Positions 9,646-19,341 of a stretch of 64,000 nt of DNA are shown piece after piece; position 1 is the first letter of the stretch; each line of letters begins with the position of its first letter. Location of the stretch: positions 161-64,160 of the IMG/VR virus record IMGVR_UViG_3300047388_000423, one strand, 5' to 3'. This DNA is from a virus. Lineage: Duplodnaviria > Caudoviricetes. A program made the translations under genes and the position numbers. Under the pieces are notes generated by a model. The model saw nothing but the letters and a program-made list of their open reading frames with translations, had not been told where the DNA came from and searched no databases.

Positions 9646-9941
9646 GGAAGGTTGTAACATCAGTAGTGTTGGCTGCCGTCTTCATCACATTGGCGACGGC
9701 AGCCGAACGGCCATCTGTAAAACCTTGCGTAGAGGATCAGCAGCAGGAAGATCATCTGCGTGTCATGATGTCCGACAGCATGGATCAGGCTTTCAGGCAG
9801 CATATGATGCATTTGTTTGATGTCTGGATCAAAGAACAGGCTGAAGAGCCAGAGCGTGCAGTTACTGGGGCGAATATTGGCATCGATGCCTACGTTCGTT
9901 CCATACGTAGTTTGCGAAAGTGGAGGCCACAGCGATGTTGA
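9642..9941 (+). CDS. signal-peptide-bearing hypothetical protein
   Basis: GTG overlaps the upstream stop; hydrophobic N-terminus ending ATA. Confidence 0.55.
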   Translation: MRKVVTSVVLAAVFITLATAAERPSVKPCVEDQQQEDHLRVMMSDSMDQAFRQHMMHLFDVWIKEQAEEPERAVTGANIGIDAYVRSIRSLRKWRPQRC

Positions 9942-9945
9942 TTCG

Positions 9946-10179
9946 ATGAACGCCATAGAAGAGACCGGGAAAGTCGCAACAGGCGTCGTGAATGCAATGC
10001 AATCGACGCCGCTGGCGATTGCCTTGCTGGTCGTCAATGTCGGGTTTCTCGGGTTCGCGGCCTATGTGCTCGGCGAAGTCGCGGCTAATGCGCAGGAGCG
10101 CAACAAAACGCAGAGCGAATTGATCAGCAAGCTGGTATCTGACATCCGTGACTGCCGGCAGGGGCCGAAGCAGCAATGA
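9946..10179 (+). CDS. putative holin (single TM)
   Basis: One TM segment; stop overlaps the endolysin start. Confidence 0.45.
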   Translation: MNAIEETGKVATGVVNAMQSTPLAIALLVVNVGFLGFAAYVLGEVAANAQERNKTQSELISKLVSDIRDCRQGPKQQ

Positions 10180-11336
10180 CCAATCTTCGCGGCAAAGTTT
10201 CCTGGTTTGGGGGCCCTTCCGATACTGATGTTGCGCCGGACGAAGGTTTAGCTTTTTTGTACGACGTCTCCGATGCGCCGCAGCTTTTCCTTGACGAGCA
10301 GCCGCCGGGGACGACCGGATTGGCGCGGCGGCTGGATTCCGACAACGTTTTTTATATCGCCACGCGCTGGGACTACGACATCTATCCGAAGTCGATGCTG
10401 CCTGACATGAGGGTGAAGGTTACTGCGACCAAGACCGGCAAGAGCATCATCTGCACGCCCGCCGATTGGGGACCGCATCAGGATACGAATCGTTGCGCAG
10501 ATGTCTCGCGCGCGACCTTGGCAGCGCTAGGCATCGAGACCGATGATGAAATCGAAATCGAATTTCCGTACCAAGGAGTCGAGCCCATGAGCGACGATTG
10601 CAAGATCATCGACATCAGCCATCACCAGGACTTCCCGAGCTTTGATCAGGTTGCCGCTGCCGGTGTGATCGCCATGATTCACAAGGCGACCGAGGGTAGC
10701 AGCTATGTCGATCCGAACCGCGCCAGGAATTGCAGCAATGCTATAAAGGCCGGAATTGCCTGCTGCACCTACCACTGGCTGAAGCCCGGCAATGCCAAAC
10801 AGCAAATCGCGTTCTACCTGAAGACGATTGATCCGATGCCGGGTGAGCGGATGGTGATCGATTATGAGGAGGACGGTTGTACACTGTCCGATCTCAAGGA
10901 AGCGGTGCAGGCGTTGCTGGATGATCCACGCGGGCTGCAAGTGACGGTCTACAGCGGGCATCTGCTCAAGGAACAACTTGGCAGCAAACACGATGCATTT
11001 CTAGCCGACAATACTGATCTCTGGTTGGCGCAGTACACTTCAGGCACGCCGTCATGGTCGATAGGAACCTATCCGCAGTGGACGTTGTGGCAGTATTCGG
11101 AGACCGGCCATATTGATGGTATCGGTGACAATTACGTCGATCTCAATCGCTTCAACGGTTCAGATGAAAATCTGGTGAAATGGATCAGCCCGGCCGGTGG
11201 CGTTGAGCCGGTGCCGCCCGAGCCGTTACCGGAAATGGCTTCGGTGCATTTCAATGTACAGACGTCCGGCCAAGTTGCGGTGAGCATCGCGATTAATGGC
11301 GAGGTGATCTACGGCGACGACCCACAATTTAGTTAA
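10176..11336 (+). CDS. endolysin: N-terminal RlpA/DPBB-like domain fused to GH25 lysozyme
   Basis: IDISHHQ, KATEG, YH, DYE, LWLAQY, WQYS, VDLN (GH25); N-terminal DWGP...R.AD.S. Confidence 0.85.
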   Translation: MTNLRGKVSWFGGPSDTDVAPDEGLAFLYDVSDAPQLFLDEQPPGTTGLARRLDSDNVFYIATRWDYDIYPKSMLPDMRVKVTATKTGKSIICTPADWGPHQDTNRCADVSRATLAALGIETDDEIEIEFPYQGVEPMSDDCKIIDISHHQDFPSFDQVAAAGVIAMIHKATEGSSYVDPNRARNCSNAIKAGIACCTYHWLKPGNAKQQIAFYLKTIDPMPGERMVIDYEEDGCTLSDLKEAVQALLDDPRGLQVTVYSGHLLKEQLGSKHDAFLADNTDLWLAQYTSGTPSWSIGTYPQWTLWQYSETGHIDGIGDNYVDLNRFNGSDENLVKWISPAGGVEPVPPEPLPEMASVHFNVQTSGQVAVSIAINGEVIYGDDPQFS

Positions 11337-11347
11337 TATTTGCTTAA
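11333..11347. promoter_or_regulatory. CtrA-type box TTAA-N7-TTAA upstream of the head operon
   Basis: TTAATATTTGCTTAA. Confidence 0.7.
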
Positions 11348-11389
11348 GAATTTAGTTCTAAGCCTGCCAAAATCACAGGAGGCTTCTCC

Positions 11390-11611
11390 ATGGCTGCCAA
11401 GACCAAGCAGGAAACCGAGCACGACGTCACCTTCGCCGAGGGTGGCGATACCCACATGTTCGGCCAGCAGGCCGCGGGTCCGGACAAACCGGGCAACACC
11501 GGTAAGGACACCAGCGGAGCGCCAGGCGCGAAGTTCGCCAAGGGTGGCTCGACCAAGATGCATCCTTACACACCGGTGCGGGAAGCCAAGGCGGGACAGA
11601 CCTCCCAGTAA
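11390..11611 (+). CDS. small head-operon protein (FAxGG motifs)
   Basis: AGGAGG RBS; FAEGG and FAKGG. Confidence 0.7.
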   Translation: MAAKTKQETEHDVTFAEGGDTHMFGQQAAGPDKPGNTGKDTSGAPGAKFAKGGSTKMHPYTPVREAKAGQTSQ

Positions 11612-11626
11612 GACGAGTTCACAGTA

Positions 11627-11827
11627 ATGGCCAGAGCCCCGAAACCCATACCTCTGCCGCCGGCGCCCAAGCCGGTCGACCCCAACAAAGCGGTTTTAAA
11701 GCCGCCCCGACTCAAACCGATCAGCACGCGCGATTACGGTAAGGGCGGCACGCCTTTGTCCGGAGCGCCGGATCTGGGCGTTCGCGGCGCCGGTATCGGC
11801 TATGGAGGTCCCAAAGATGGTTTTTAA
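11627..11827 (+). CDS. small Pro/Gly-rich protein
   Basis: Tightly packed in the head operon. Confidence 0.55.
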   Translation: MARAPKPIPLPPAPKPVDPNKAVLKPPRLKPISTRDYGKGGTPLSGAPDLGVRGAGIGYGGPKDGF

Positions 11828-12098
11828 AAAACAACTCACGCCAATCGGCGGCGGCAAGGGCCGCATCAACATGCAGCGCGGCAAGGGCTCGACGGTGCAG
11901 CGAAATACGCCTGGTCAGCAGGAGACGCTGACCGGCGGCAATCCGCTGGCGCGGATGCTCAACCGCTATCCAGCGCAACCGCAGCCGGCCCCGAATGCGA
12001 TGGCGCCACCAACTGCGCCGGCAGCGACTGTTGGGCCGCAACCGACAGCGGCAATGCCGCCGGCGATGCCGCCGATCGGGCCGCCTGATCAGGGATGA
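11817..12098 (+). CDS. hypothetical protein
   Basis: GGAGG RBS before ATG 11817; coupled to the next gene. Confidence 0.55.
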   Translation: MVFKKQLTPIGGGKGRINMQRGKGSTVQRNTPGQQETLTGGNPLARMLNRYPAQPQPAPNAMAPPTAPAATVGPQPTAAMPPAMPPIGPPDQG

Positions 12099-12310
12099 CG
12101 GCGCGACGCAAGGAATTGATGGATTATACCCGTATCCTGCGCAATGCGGCGCCACAGGAATTTGCCAGTTTCTGCCAGGCATTCGAGCGTTACACCGATT
12201 TGATGGTTACCGACCTGGTCAATGCAACCGGGGATTTGGCGTTGGTACAGGGTCAGGCGCGGCAATGCCAAAACATCCTGGGTATCTTGGAGGAAATAAA
12301 AAATGGTTGA
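12095..12310 (+). CDS. hypothetical protein
   Basis: QGQARQ...L motif, seen in small proteins preceding podoviral scaffolds. Confidence 0.65.
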   Translation: MTARRKELMDYTRILRNAAPQEFASFCQAFERYTDLMVTDLVNATGDLALVQGQARQCQNILGILEEIKNG

Positions 12311-13388
12311 AGTTGTGGTCGATCAGAAACCGATCGAGAAGCTGCCTTACGATCCCGCGTCGATCCCCGATGCCGTCAAGCGACGCGTTGCAGCCGTAGA
12401 GGCGCTCTACAGCGCCCCGCTGGCAGAAACACCACAGCCTGCAGAGCATTCCAATGGCTCGCAACCAACGCTTCCGGTTGTCGAGTCGGCGTCGGCTCAG
12501 CTTACGCTTCCCTTAGCTGAGCCGGCCACGCAGGCGCCGGAACCACAACCGCCCCTTGCCCCTCCGGCGTCTGCGGATCATAAGCCTCCACCGCCAGACG
12601 ACGGGAATTCAGACACCTGGAAGTCGCGCTACATGGGGCTGCAGGGTCGCTTTACAACATCGCAGAAGACGATTGGCGAGTTGGAGGAGCAGGTCACGCA
12701 GATGGGCAGGGAGATGCTGCAGCTCCAGCAATGGGCTTCCCGGCAGTCGCGTCCTGCGCCGGCACCGCCATCCTATGTGACCGAAAAGGATGTTCAGGAT
12801 TACGGCACCGATCTGGTCGACTTCACCCAGCGCGCCGCGGTGCAGGCGGTGGCGCCGCATCTGCAGGCGCTGGAGCAGCAGAACGTCGAACTGCAGCGCC
12901 GATTGGCTGACGAGGCACGGGCCCGGCTCGATATGCGGGTCGAGGCGGCGGTGCCGAACTTTCGGGAGATCGATCGTGATCCACGCTGGCTTCAGTGGTT
13001 ACTTGGTATTGATCTTCTATCGGGACGTGTTAGACAGACATTGTTGAACGAAGCTATCGCGTCAGCCAACGCGCCACGTGTAATCTCGTTCTTCAACGGC
13101 TTCCGGCAAGAGGAAGCAGCTACAGGGCACAGCGAGCCAGCGCCCAGCTCCAGGACCCTCCGGGAGCCGGCGATTGATCTGGGTTCGCTTGCGGCCCCTG
13201 GCAGGGCCAGGCCGGCAACGGGCGGCGACGCTTCGATGCCCAGCGACAGACCCACTTACACTCGCGCTCAAATCGCACAGCTCTACTCTGCGCACCGCAA
13301 GGGCGCATATGTCGGGCGTGAGGCTGAATGGGCTCGGCAAGAGGCCGATATCATTGCGGCTGGTGCGGAGCGGCGCGTCCAGATGTAA
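12303..13388 (+). CDS. capsid scaffolding protein
   Basis: Pro-rich N-terminus, WKSRY..LQGRF, coiled coil, C-terminal I..A..E.R; directly upstream of MCP. Confidence 0.75.
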   Translation: MVEVVVDQKPIEKLPYDPASIPDAVKRRVAAVEALYSAPLAETPQPAEHSNGSQPTLPVVESASAQLTLPLAEPATQAPEPQPPLAPPASADHKPPPPDDGNSDTWKSRYMGLQGRFTTSQKTIGELEEQVTQMGREMLQLQQWASRQSRPAPAPPSYVTEKDVQDYGTDLVDFTQRAAVQAVAPHLQALEQQNVELQRRLADEARARLDMRVEAAVPNFREIDRDPRWLQWLLGIDLLSGRVRQTLLNEAIASANAPRVISFFNGFRQEEAATGHSEPAPSSRTLREPAIDLGSLAAPGRARPATGGDASMPSDRPTYTRAQIAQLYSAHRKGAYVGREAEWARQEADIIAAGAERRVQM

Positions 13389-13443
13389 CCCGGGGGCTGC
13401 TCGTCACTGAACGGTAGTAGCCCCTTAACCAGGGACTACTCAC

Positions 13444-14750
13444 ATGCCTATCCCCAGTGCCGGATTCCCCGGCGCAACGTCAGGCTCTGTACCCGCTCTT
13501 ACACCCGTAGGTAGTACAGGTAACCTCCTACAATCGACTGGTTTCATCCCTGAAATCTGGTGACCGCTGGCCAGATTAAATCGGTGTTGAAGCAGCTAAA
13601 TTGGTCGAGAAGTTCTATGCTTCCACAGTCTTGTCGGCCATATCAAACACCGATTACGAAGGTTTTGAGCAAGGATTTAGCCTTCGTTAAACCGGGTGAA
13701 TTGTCTGGAAACTCTGACCGCGTAATGGCGAAGACAATCAGCAGCCAAGCCGCAAATGTAAGGAAAACCCCAGGGTTGCGGAAGGTTCAACGACTAGGTG
13801 GTGAGGAAACGATACTCCGCCCACGAGCGCCCGGCTTCCCCGTAAGGGATGATGAGATAGTCTCATCTGCAGGGAAACCTGCAGGAAGATAGGGATAAAG
13901 AGCCCTATCAGCGAAGAAGTTGGAAATCCAAAATCAGGGCGATCGTGTCAAAATTCGCACGAAGCCCACCATCACCATTCGCGACTACAAGGCGGATGGT
14001 CTGCTCGGACTCGATCGACCGACCGGAGGTTCGGTTGAACTGTACATCGGCCTCGGCAAGTACTTCTCGCTGATCCTTGATGACGTGATGGAAGTCCAGT
14101 CAGATCTTAACTTGTTAAGCATGTGGTCCGACGACGCGGCCCAGCAGCTCAAGATCACGGTCGATCGCGACGTGCTTGGCGGCATTGTCGGCGCGGCAGC
14201 GGCGGCCAACAAGGGTGCGACCGCCGGGGTGATCTCCGGCAATCTCAACCTTGGCATCAAGGGTACGCCGATCACGGTGGTCGGTCGTCAGGCTACTCCG
14301 CCGGTGGCGGGGCAGATCGAGATCATCGACGTGCTGTTGCGGCTCGGCCAGTGTCTCGACGAGCAGAACATTCCGGAAGCCGGTCGCTGGGTGGTGATGT
14401 CATCCGCATGCGGTCGTCAGATCAAGCAGTCCGAGTTGAGACAGGCTTACTTATCCGGTGATCCTGTTTCGATGCTGCGTAACGGCCGGCTCGGAATGGT
14501 TGATCGTTTCACAATATACATCTCTAACTTGCTTCCGTCGGTTGCGACCGACGCGACAAACTTTGCGGCTGGTGAACAGCCGATCTTTGCTGGGCACGCC
14601 CACGGGCTTACGTTCGCGTCGCAAATTTCAAAGGTAGAAACTTTGCGTTCCGAGCTGACGTTTGGCCAAATCCTTCGTGGCCTGCAGGTCTATGGCTATC
14701 AGGTGGTGGATCCATCTGCGATAGCCCAAGCACAGGTCCTCCTGGCGTAA
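13444..14750 (+). CDS. major capsid protein (N4-gp56/P22-coat-like), spliced join(13444-13561,13593-13663,13923-14750), 338 aa
   Basis: Joined exons read ...GFIPEIW-SAKLVEKFYASTVLSAISNTDYEG-EIQNQGDRVKIR...RGLQVYG, a contiguous conserved capsid N-terminus. Confidence 0.88.
13562..13592 (+). other. 31-nt core-less mini-intron in the capsid gene
   Basis: Removal restores TGG TCA GCT AAA (W-S-A-K); follows U and ends in G; GCCAGATT pairs with exon AATCTGGT (U.G at the junction) and GCTG pairs with 3' exon CAGC. Confidence 0.7.
13664..13922 (+). ncRNA. group I self-splicing intron (IA-like, 259 nt, no ORF)
   Basis: P1 ACGAAGGT/GCCTTCGT with U.G; P10 GGATTT/AAATCC; P GAATTGTCTGGAAA, Q AATCAGCAG, R GTTCAACGACTA, S GAGATAGTC; P3 CCGGGTG/CGCCCGG; P9 CTGCAGG-GAAA-CCTGCAG; terminal G. 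Confidence 0.93.
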
Positions 14751-14755
14751 ACTTG

Positions 14756-14783
14756 GAGGGGGCTTTGGCCCCCTCTTTTGTTT
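14756..14783 (+). terminator. intrinsic terminator after MCP
   Basis: GAGGGGGC-TTTG-GCCCCCTC followed by TTTTGTTT. Confidence 0.85.
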
Positions 14784-14836
14784 GCAAGCATTATGCAAAC
14801 TTCTCGCTCTAGCCTGCTCCGCACCGGAGCGGCCAG

Positions 14837-15286
14837 ATGGCGACAAGCCCTTCCTATTACGGCAATTACAGCGACAGCGAGCTGCCGACCTTGAACACGG
14901 TGGCGGACTATATTGCCGATGCCCGGACTCAGTTGCAGGACATCGTTGGGGATAGATATCGCTACGACGACCAGTCGTTGTTGACGGCGTTGAACATTAC
15001 CCTGCTGGAAGCGCGCTGGCTGCGGGCGGACCTGTTTGTCTACAACCTCGCCACCAGGGGGCAGGTGCAGTCCTTTTCGGCTGTTGATGATACCAAGGTC
15101 GCCATCGAGGCGAGCTTTCGGCCAGCGATCCTGAACGGGGTTATCGGGCATGCCTTGAAGCGTGACCAGGAAGACGTCCAGGACGCCCGCGCTTCTTCAT
15201 ATTTGAGCATGTTCACGGCTGGATTGACCGGTCGCAGCTTGGTTGGCGTGGCCGGCGGCTCGCCGCCGTCCGGGAGACAGCAATGA
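14837..15286 (+). CDS. putative head-tail adaptor
   Basis: I..AR..LQD...RY.D..L...LN......RADLF motif; position after MCP. Confidence 0.6.
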   Translation: MATSPSYYGNYSDSELPTLNTVADYIADARTQLQDIVGDRYRYDDQSLLTALNITLLEARWLRADLFVYNLATRGQVQSFSAVDDTKVAIEASFRPAILNGVIGHALKRDQEDVQDARASSYLSMFTAGLTGRSLVGVAGGSPPSGRQQ

Positions 15287-15933
15287 GCAAAACCTCCGAT
15301 TGCGACAAGTATTGGTACAAGCTGATCAGTCGGGCTAACGTGACCCTGACCGGCGCTTCCGACGCCGAACTCAAGGTGCAGCTGTTCGACACCCTGCAGC
15401 AGTTTTTCGACGAGTCGAATAGCTGGCTCGAGACTATCAACTTCACCGTTATCCCGGACAGTCTCGACTATCCGCTGATGCCGCTGACCGGGCGGGTGCA
15501 CCGGTTGTATGGTGTTGTCGACCAGAACAACGTGCCGCAGCAGGCGGTGATGCCGGTGATCGGCACCGTGCATTTTCTTTATCCATACAGCAATCCGCAG
15601 CCGATGTGGGCGACGGTGGTCAAGAACGTCACCGATCCCTTCAGCTGCTTCCCGCCGAACATTCCGCCCTGGGTGCTGCCGGTTTACGGGCTCGGCATTC
15701 TCAGCGGCGTGCTCGGCAACATGATGCTGCAGCCGGGACAGAGCTATTCGAACCAGACGCTGGCGTCGTTTCATCTCAGCAAGTTTCGCGACGCGATCGC
15801 GCATGCGCGGGTGGCGACGATGCGCGCCAACACGGTGGGTTCGCAGAGTTGGGCGTTTCCACAACAGTTTCGCGTTGGCGGCCAGCGCGGTGGCGTCAGT
15901 ACCGCGAATGTCAATCCGATGACGTTGAGGTAA
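15283..15933 (+). CDS. putative adaptor / tail tubular protein
   Basis: Position; FF..S..W and M.QPG..YSN motifs. Confidence 0.55.
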   Translation: MSKTSDCDKYWYKLISRANVTLTGASDAELKVQLFDTLQQFFDESNSWLETINFTVIPDSLDYPLMPLTGRVHRLYGVVDQNNVPQQAVMPVIGTVHFLYPYSNPQPMWATVVKNVTDPFSCFPPNIPPWVLPVYGLGILSGVLGNMMLQPGQSYSNQTLASFHLSKFRDAIAHARVATMRANTVGSQSWAFPQQFRVGGQRGGVSTANVNPMTLR

Positions 15934-15936
15934 GCC

Positions 15937-16344
15937 ATGGATCAGTGTTGCCCCAGCGATGGCTGCGATCACAGCGTGACATCAGCGCATGTCGATCTTC
16001 GGATCGACAATAATGGCACCTGGCAAGACGCCTTCCAGTTCGGCACTCCGGACGACACCAGCTGGACCTTGACCGGCCAGGCTTTCGAACTCGACGTGCA
16101 GCGCAGCCCTTATGATCTGGTGCCACTGCTGCACATGGACAGTGCCGGTGGGCAGATCGTTATCGACGATGTGGTGCAGCGGGTGATTCACTTCAACGTC
16201 CCGCCATCGGATCTTCAGGCCAATCTCAGCCCGGGGACTTACGTATATGACCTTGTGATGGTCAATGGCTCCAATGTCCGGGTGCCGATGATGCACGGCG
16301 CGCTGATCGTAGCGCAGGGGATCACGTATCCGGCGGGGCCCTGA
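15937..16344 (+). CDS. virion Ig-like (BppU-like) protein
   Basis: LTG......R and GTYVYDLV.......M.G...V..GIT motifs. Confidence 0.6.
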   Translation: MDQCCPSDGCDHSVTSAHVDLRIDNNGTWQDAFQFGTPDDTSWTLTGQAFELDVQRSPYDLVPLLHMDSAGGQIVIDDVVQRVIHFNVPPSDLQANLSPGTYVYDLVMVNGSNVRVPMMHGALIVAQGITYPAGP

Positions 16345-16751
16345 TGCCGATCATCAACAACGATCCTGCCCTGGTAGAGACACGGCCCGTTGTGGTGGTG
16401 AACGGCCCCACTGGTGCAACCGGTGCGCCTGGCGGGCCAACCGGTCCATCGGGTCCAGCCGGTGCAGCGATAACGGGGCCGACCGGTGCAACCGGGGATC
16501 GTGGTGTTGGGCCGACCGGTGCGACCGGAGCGGGAGCGTTTACCGGGCCGACCGGGCCGAGGGGATTAACCGGCCCACCAGGGACATTAGGCGGATCGAC
16601 TACGGTATCCGGGTTGCCGGCAGCGAGCAGTGCAGGGGCGCGAAGTTTTGTCACCGACGCGACGGTCACGACGTTTAACAGCGTCGTTGCCGGCGGCGGC
16701 AGCAACAAGGTGCCGGTGTTTTCTGACGGGACCAGCTGGCGAATAGGTTGA
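16344..16751 (+). CDS. collagen-like fibre protein 1
   Basis: GPT/GAT triplets; C-terminus FVTDA...[13 protein letters not shown]. Confidence 0.8.
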   Translation: MPIINNDPALVETRPVVVVNGPTGATGAPGGPTGPSGPAGAAITGPTGATGDRGVGPTGATGAGAFTGPTGPRGLTGPPGTLGGSTTVSGLPAASSAGARSFVTDATVTTFNSVVAGGGSNKVPVFSDGTSWRIG

Positions 16752-16757
16752 GGGACC

Positions 16758-17228
16758 ATGTCAACGCAATCGAATATTCCCGCTCCGATCATGGCCCAGC
16801 CGGTAGTGGTAATCGGTGGTCCGACTGGTCCTGGTGGCGGACCAACGGGGCCGACAGGTCCTGCAGGGCTTGCAACGATTACGGGTGCTACGGGATCGGC
16901 AGGATCAACCGGGGTCACCGGTCCGACAGGAATGGTTGGCGCTACCGGAGCAGGTGCGTTTACCGGACCGACCGGCAAGACTGGACCGCCTGGTTCGGCG
17001 GGGGCCGCTTCGACGGTGACAGGACCAACAGGATCAACTGGAGCAACCGGTCCGGCAATCATCGGATCGACCACGGTGGCCAGTCTGCCGGCAGCCGGCA
17101 CAGCCGGTGCAGGTGCCCGAAACTTTGTCACTGATGCCAACGCGGCGACGTTCAACACGGTTGTTGCGGCCGGCGGCAGCAACAAGGTGCCGGTGTTTTC
17201 CGACGGCACCAGCTGGAGAATAGGCTGA
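16758..17228 (+). CDS. collagen-like fibre protein 2 (paralog of fibre 1)
   Basis: GPT triplets; near-identical C-terminus. Confidence 0.8.
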   Translation: MSTQSNIPAPIMAQPVVVIGGPTGPGGGPTGPTGPAGLATITGATGSAGSTGVTGPTGMVGATGAGAFTGPTGKTGPPGSAGAASTVTGPTGSTGATGPAIIGSTTVASLPAAGTAGAGARNFVTDANAATFNTVVAAGGSNKVPVFSDGTSWRIG

Positions 17229-17229
17229 G

Positions 17230-19341
17230 ATGGTGAACGTCATACCAGCCGCCCCCGTGCAGGCGTTTCCGGTGGTGATCGCCGGAAGCACGGGTGCTGC
17301 AGGACCTACTGGTCCGGGCGGGCCGGCTGGCGGACCTACCGGGGCCACCGGAGCGACGGGAGCGGGAGCGTTCACCGGGCCGACTGGCGCAACTGGTCAG
17401 CCGGGAGCGGGCGGCACGGGGCCAACCGGGCCGACCGGATTACAGGGCGTTGGATCGACCGGACCGACGGGTGCAGGTGCGTTTACGGGTCCTACGGGTC
17501 CTACAGGTGCTGCAGGATCGGCAGGTACTCCGGGCACGCCCGGTAGTGTCGGAGCCACCGGACCAACTGGTACGCCAGGGTCAGCCGGTACACCCGGTAC
17601 TCCAGGTGGTGCCGGTGCAACCGGACCAACTGGCGCGCAGGGATCGGCGGGGATACCCGGTACTCCTGGTAGTGCTGGCGCAACCGGACCGACCGGTGCT
17701 GCAGGATCGGCCGGCGCGCCAGGCAGTGCTGGTGCAACTGGGCCGACAGGCGCGTCGGTTACTGGGCCAACGGGCCCAGCGGGTAGTGGGGGCGGCGGTG
17801 TAGCGACCGCTTGGAATCCGGCGGACCGATCTTCAACTACAGCGCTCATATTGAGCAACGGCAATCTGACTGTAACTGGAGATGGGGTCACCAATGCTTC
17901 TCATGGCATACGCGGCACCAAATCGTTGTCAGCAGGGAAGGTCTATTTTGAAATAACCGGTTCTTCTGGTGCGTTCACCTCGATGATCGGTATCGCAAGA
18001 AGCTCTGCTACACTTGGAAGTCTCTATGCCAATAGTGGAGTTGGTGCCGCTGCATTGGCTCCCAATAATGGATTTATGTATGTGAACGGAGGTGTCGGCG
18101 TTCAGGTTGAGACGACCGGTTTGCCGCTTTCAGTGCCTTACACAATATGCATAGCCGTCGATTTGACCAACTCGCTGATCTGGATGCGGGTTGTAGGGAG
18201 TGCGGTCAACGGTTGGTGGAATGGTAACGCCAGCAATAATCCGGCAACGGGTGTTGGCGGTGTGAATATATCCGCATTGTTTCCGGCCAGCGCGGCCTTT
18301 CCTGTGGTGGAGTTTAACACTTCGGCGGCGCAGGTACGGACTGCCAATTTTGGCGCAACGGCGTTTTCGCAAACAATACCTTCTGGTTTTGTTGCTTGGG
18401 ATAGTGCCGGATCTGCTAGTTCGACTGGTCCAACCGGACCGACCGGTGCTGCAGGATCGGCCGGCGCGCCAGGCAGTGCTGGTGCAACTGGGCCGACAGG
18501 ACCGATGACGGTTGGCGATGTTCGCTATGATATTGCGCAGACGCTGACGGCACCGCAAAAGGCGCAGGCCCGCGTTAATATTGCTGCGCCATTGCGGGGG
18601 CAGCTTGCAGGCTTGACGCTTTCAACAGCAGGTTCGTCGGCTACGTTTGGTGTGGCGGCAGGTGAGGCTGCTGACAGTACGGCGTCGGATTTGATGCAAC
18701 TGACAAGCGCCGTCACCAAGACTACTGCCGCGTGGGCGGTCGGTACCGGCAATGGCGCATTGGACACCGGGGCAGTTGCGGCCAGTACTTGGTACCATGT
18801 GTTCCTGATCAAGCGACCAGATACCGGGGTGGTTGATGTATGCTTTTCATTGTCTCCGGCAACTCCGACGACAGGCGCTGTTATTCCGGCGGCGTACACG
18901 CTATTCCGTCGCATTGGCTCGATGAAGACCAACAGTTCATCGCAGTGGATTGCCTTTATCCAGACGGGGGACCAATTCTTATGGTCTGCCCCTGTTGGGG
19001 ATGTAAACGCCGGTTCACCGGGCACGTCGTTGCTGAATTACGGGCTTACTGTTCCCTTCGGCATCAATGTAGTCGCCACATTCCACGGTGTTTACACCAA
19101 CACAACAGCCGCCATGCAGACAATTCTGTTCTATTCCCCGCTCACGGGTGCGCAAACTCCAGGCACACCATCGGGTAATGCTTCATTCTACAACCCGGCA
19201 GCCAATCAGTACGCAGCCGCCGATTTTCAGATATTAACCAATGCATCGACGCAAGTCTCTGTGATATGCGGCACGGCTGCCGGCAATCAGCTCTTCATTG
19301 TTACGACCGGCTGGATCGATCGGCGCGGGAGGGACGCCTGA
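17230..19341 (+). CDS. long collagen-like tail fibre with SPRY/B30.2-like and C-terminal domains
   Basis: GXY repeats; WNP.D...LSNGNLT...GKVYFE...ANFG...F...PSGF (SPRY-like); VRYD..QTLT..QK.QAR.NI; RRIGS. Confidence 0.8.
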   Translation: MVNVIPAAPVQAFPVVIAGSTGAAGPTGPGGPAGGPTGATGATGAGAFTGPTGATGQPGAGGTGPTGPTGLQGVGSTGPTGAGAFTGPTGPTGAAGSAGTPGTPGSVGATGPTGTPGSAGTPGTPGGAGATGPTGAQGSAGIPGTPGSAGATGPTGAAGSAGAPGSAGATGPTGASVTGPTGPAGSGGGGVATAWNPADRSSTTALILSNGNLTVTGDGVTNASHGIRGTKSLSAGKVYFEITGSSGAFTSMIGIARSSATLGSLYANSGVGAAALAPNNGFMYVNGGVGVQVETTGLPLSVPYTICIAVDLTNSLIWMRVVGSAVNGWWNGNASNNPATGVGGVNISALFPASAAFPVVEFNTSAAQVRTANFGATAFSQTIPSGFVAWDSAGSASSTGPTGPTGAAGSAGAPGSAGATGPTGPMTVGDVRYDIAQTLTAPQKAQARVNIAAPLRGQLAGLTLSTAGSSATFGVAAGEAADSTASDLMQLTSAVTKTTAAWAVGTGNGALDTGAVAASTWYHVFLIKRPDTGVVDVCFSLSPATPTTGAVIPAAYTLFRRIGSMKTNSSSQWIAFIQTGDQFLWSAPVGDVNAGSPGTSLLNYGLTVPFGINVVATFHGVYTNTTAAMQTILFYSPLTGAQTPGTPSGNASFYNPAANQYAAADFQILTNASTQVSVICGTAAGNQLFIVTTGWIDRRGRDA
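17681..18500 (+). repeat. 70-bp perfect direct repeat (17681-17750 and 18431-18500) flanking the SPRY-like domain
   Basis: CAACCGGACC...GGCCGACAGG identical at both sites, 750 bp apart (in frame). Confidence 0.9.

Noticed and set aside
13555-13604. T4 gene 60-style translational bypass over the 31-nt insert
   Set aside because: No matching TGG landing codon in the resumed frame; ATC-to-ATC hopping loses the conserved Trp, whereas excision gives the expected WSAKL with P1/P10 pairing.
13560-13892. 110-aa ORF as an intron-encoded protein
   Set aside because: No endonuclease motifs; it overlaps exon 2 out of frame and the ribozyme core.
13920-14750. TTG-started 276-aa MCP
   Set aside because: The TTG is the intron 3' end and the conserved capsid N-terminus lies in the upstream exons.
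16344-19341. Diversity-generating retroelement acting on the fibres
   Set aside because: No reverse transcriptase, and repeats do not show adenine-specific differences.
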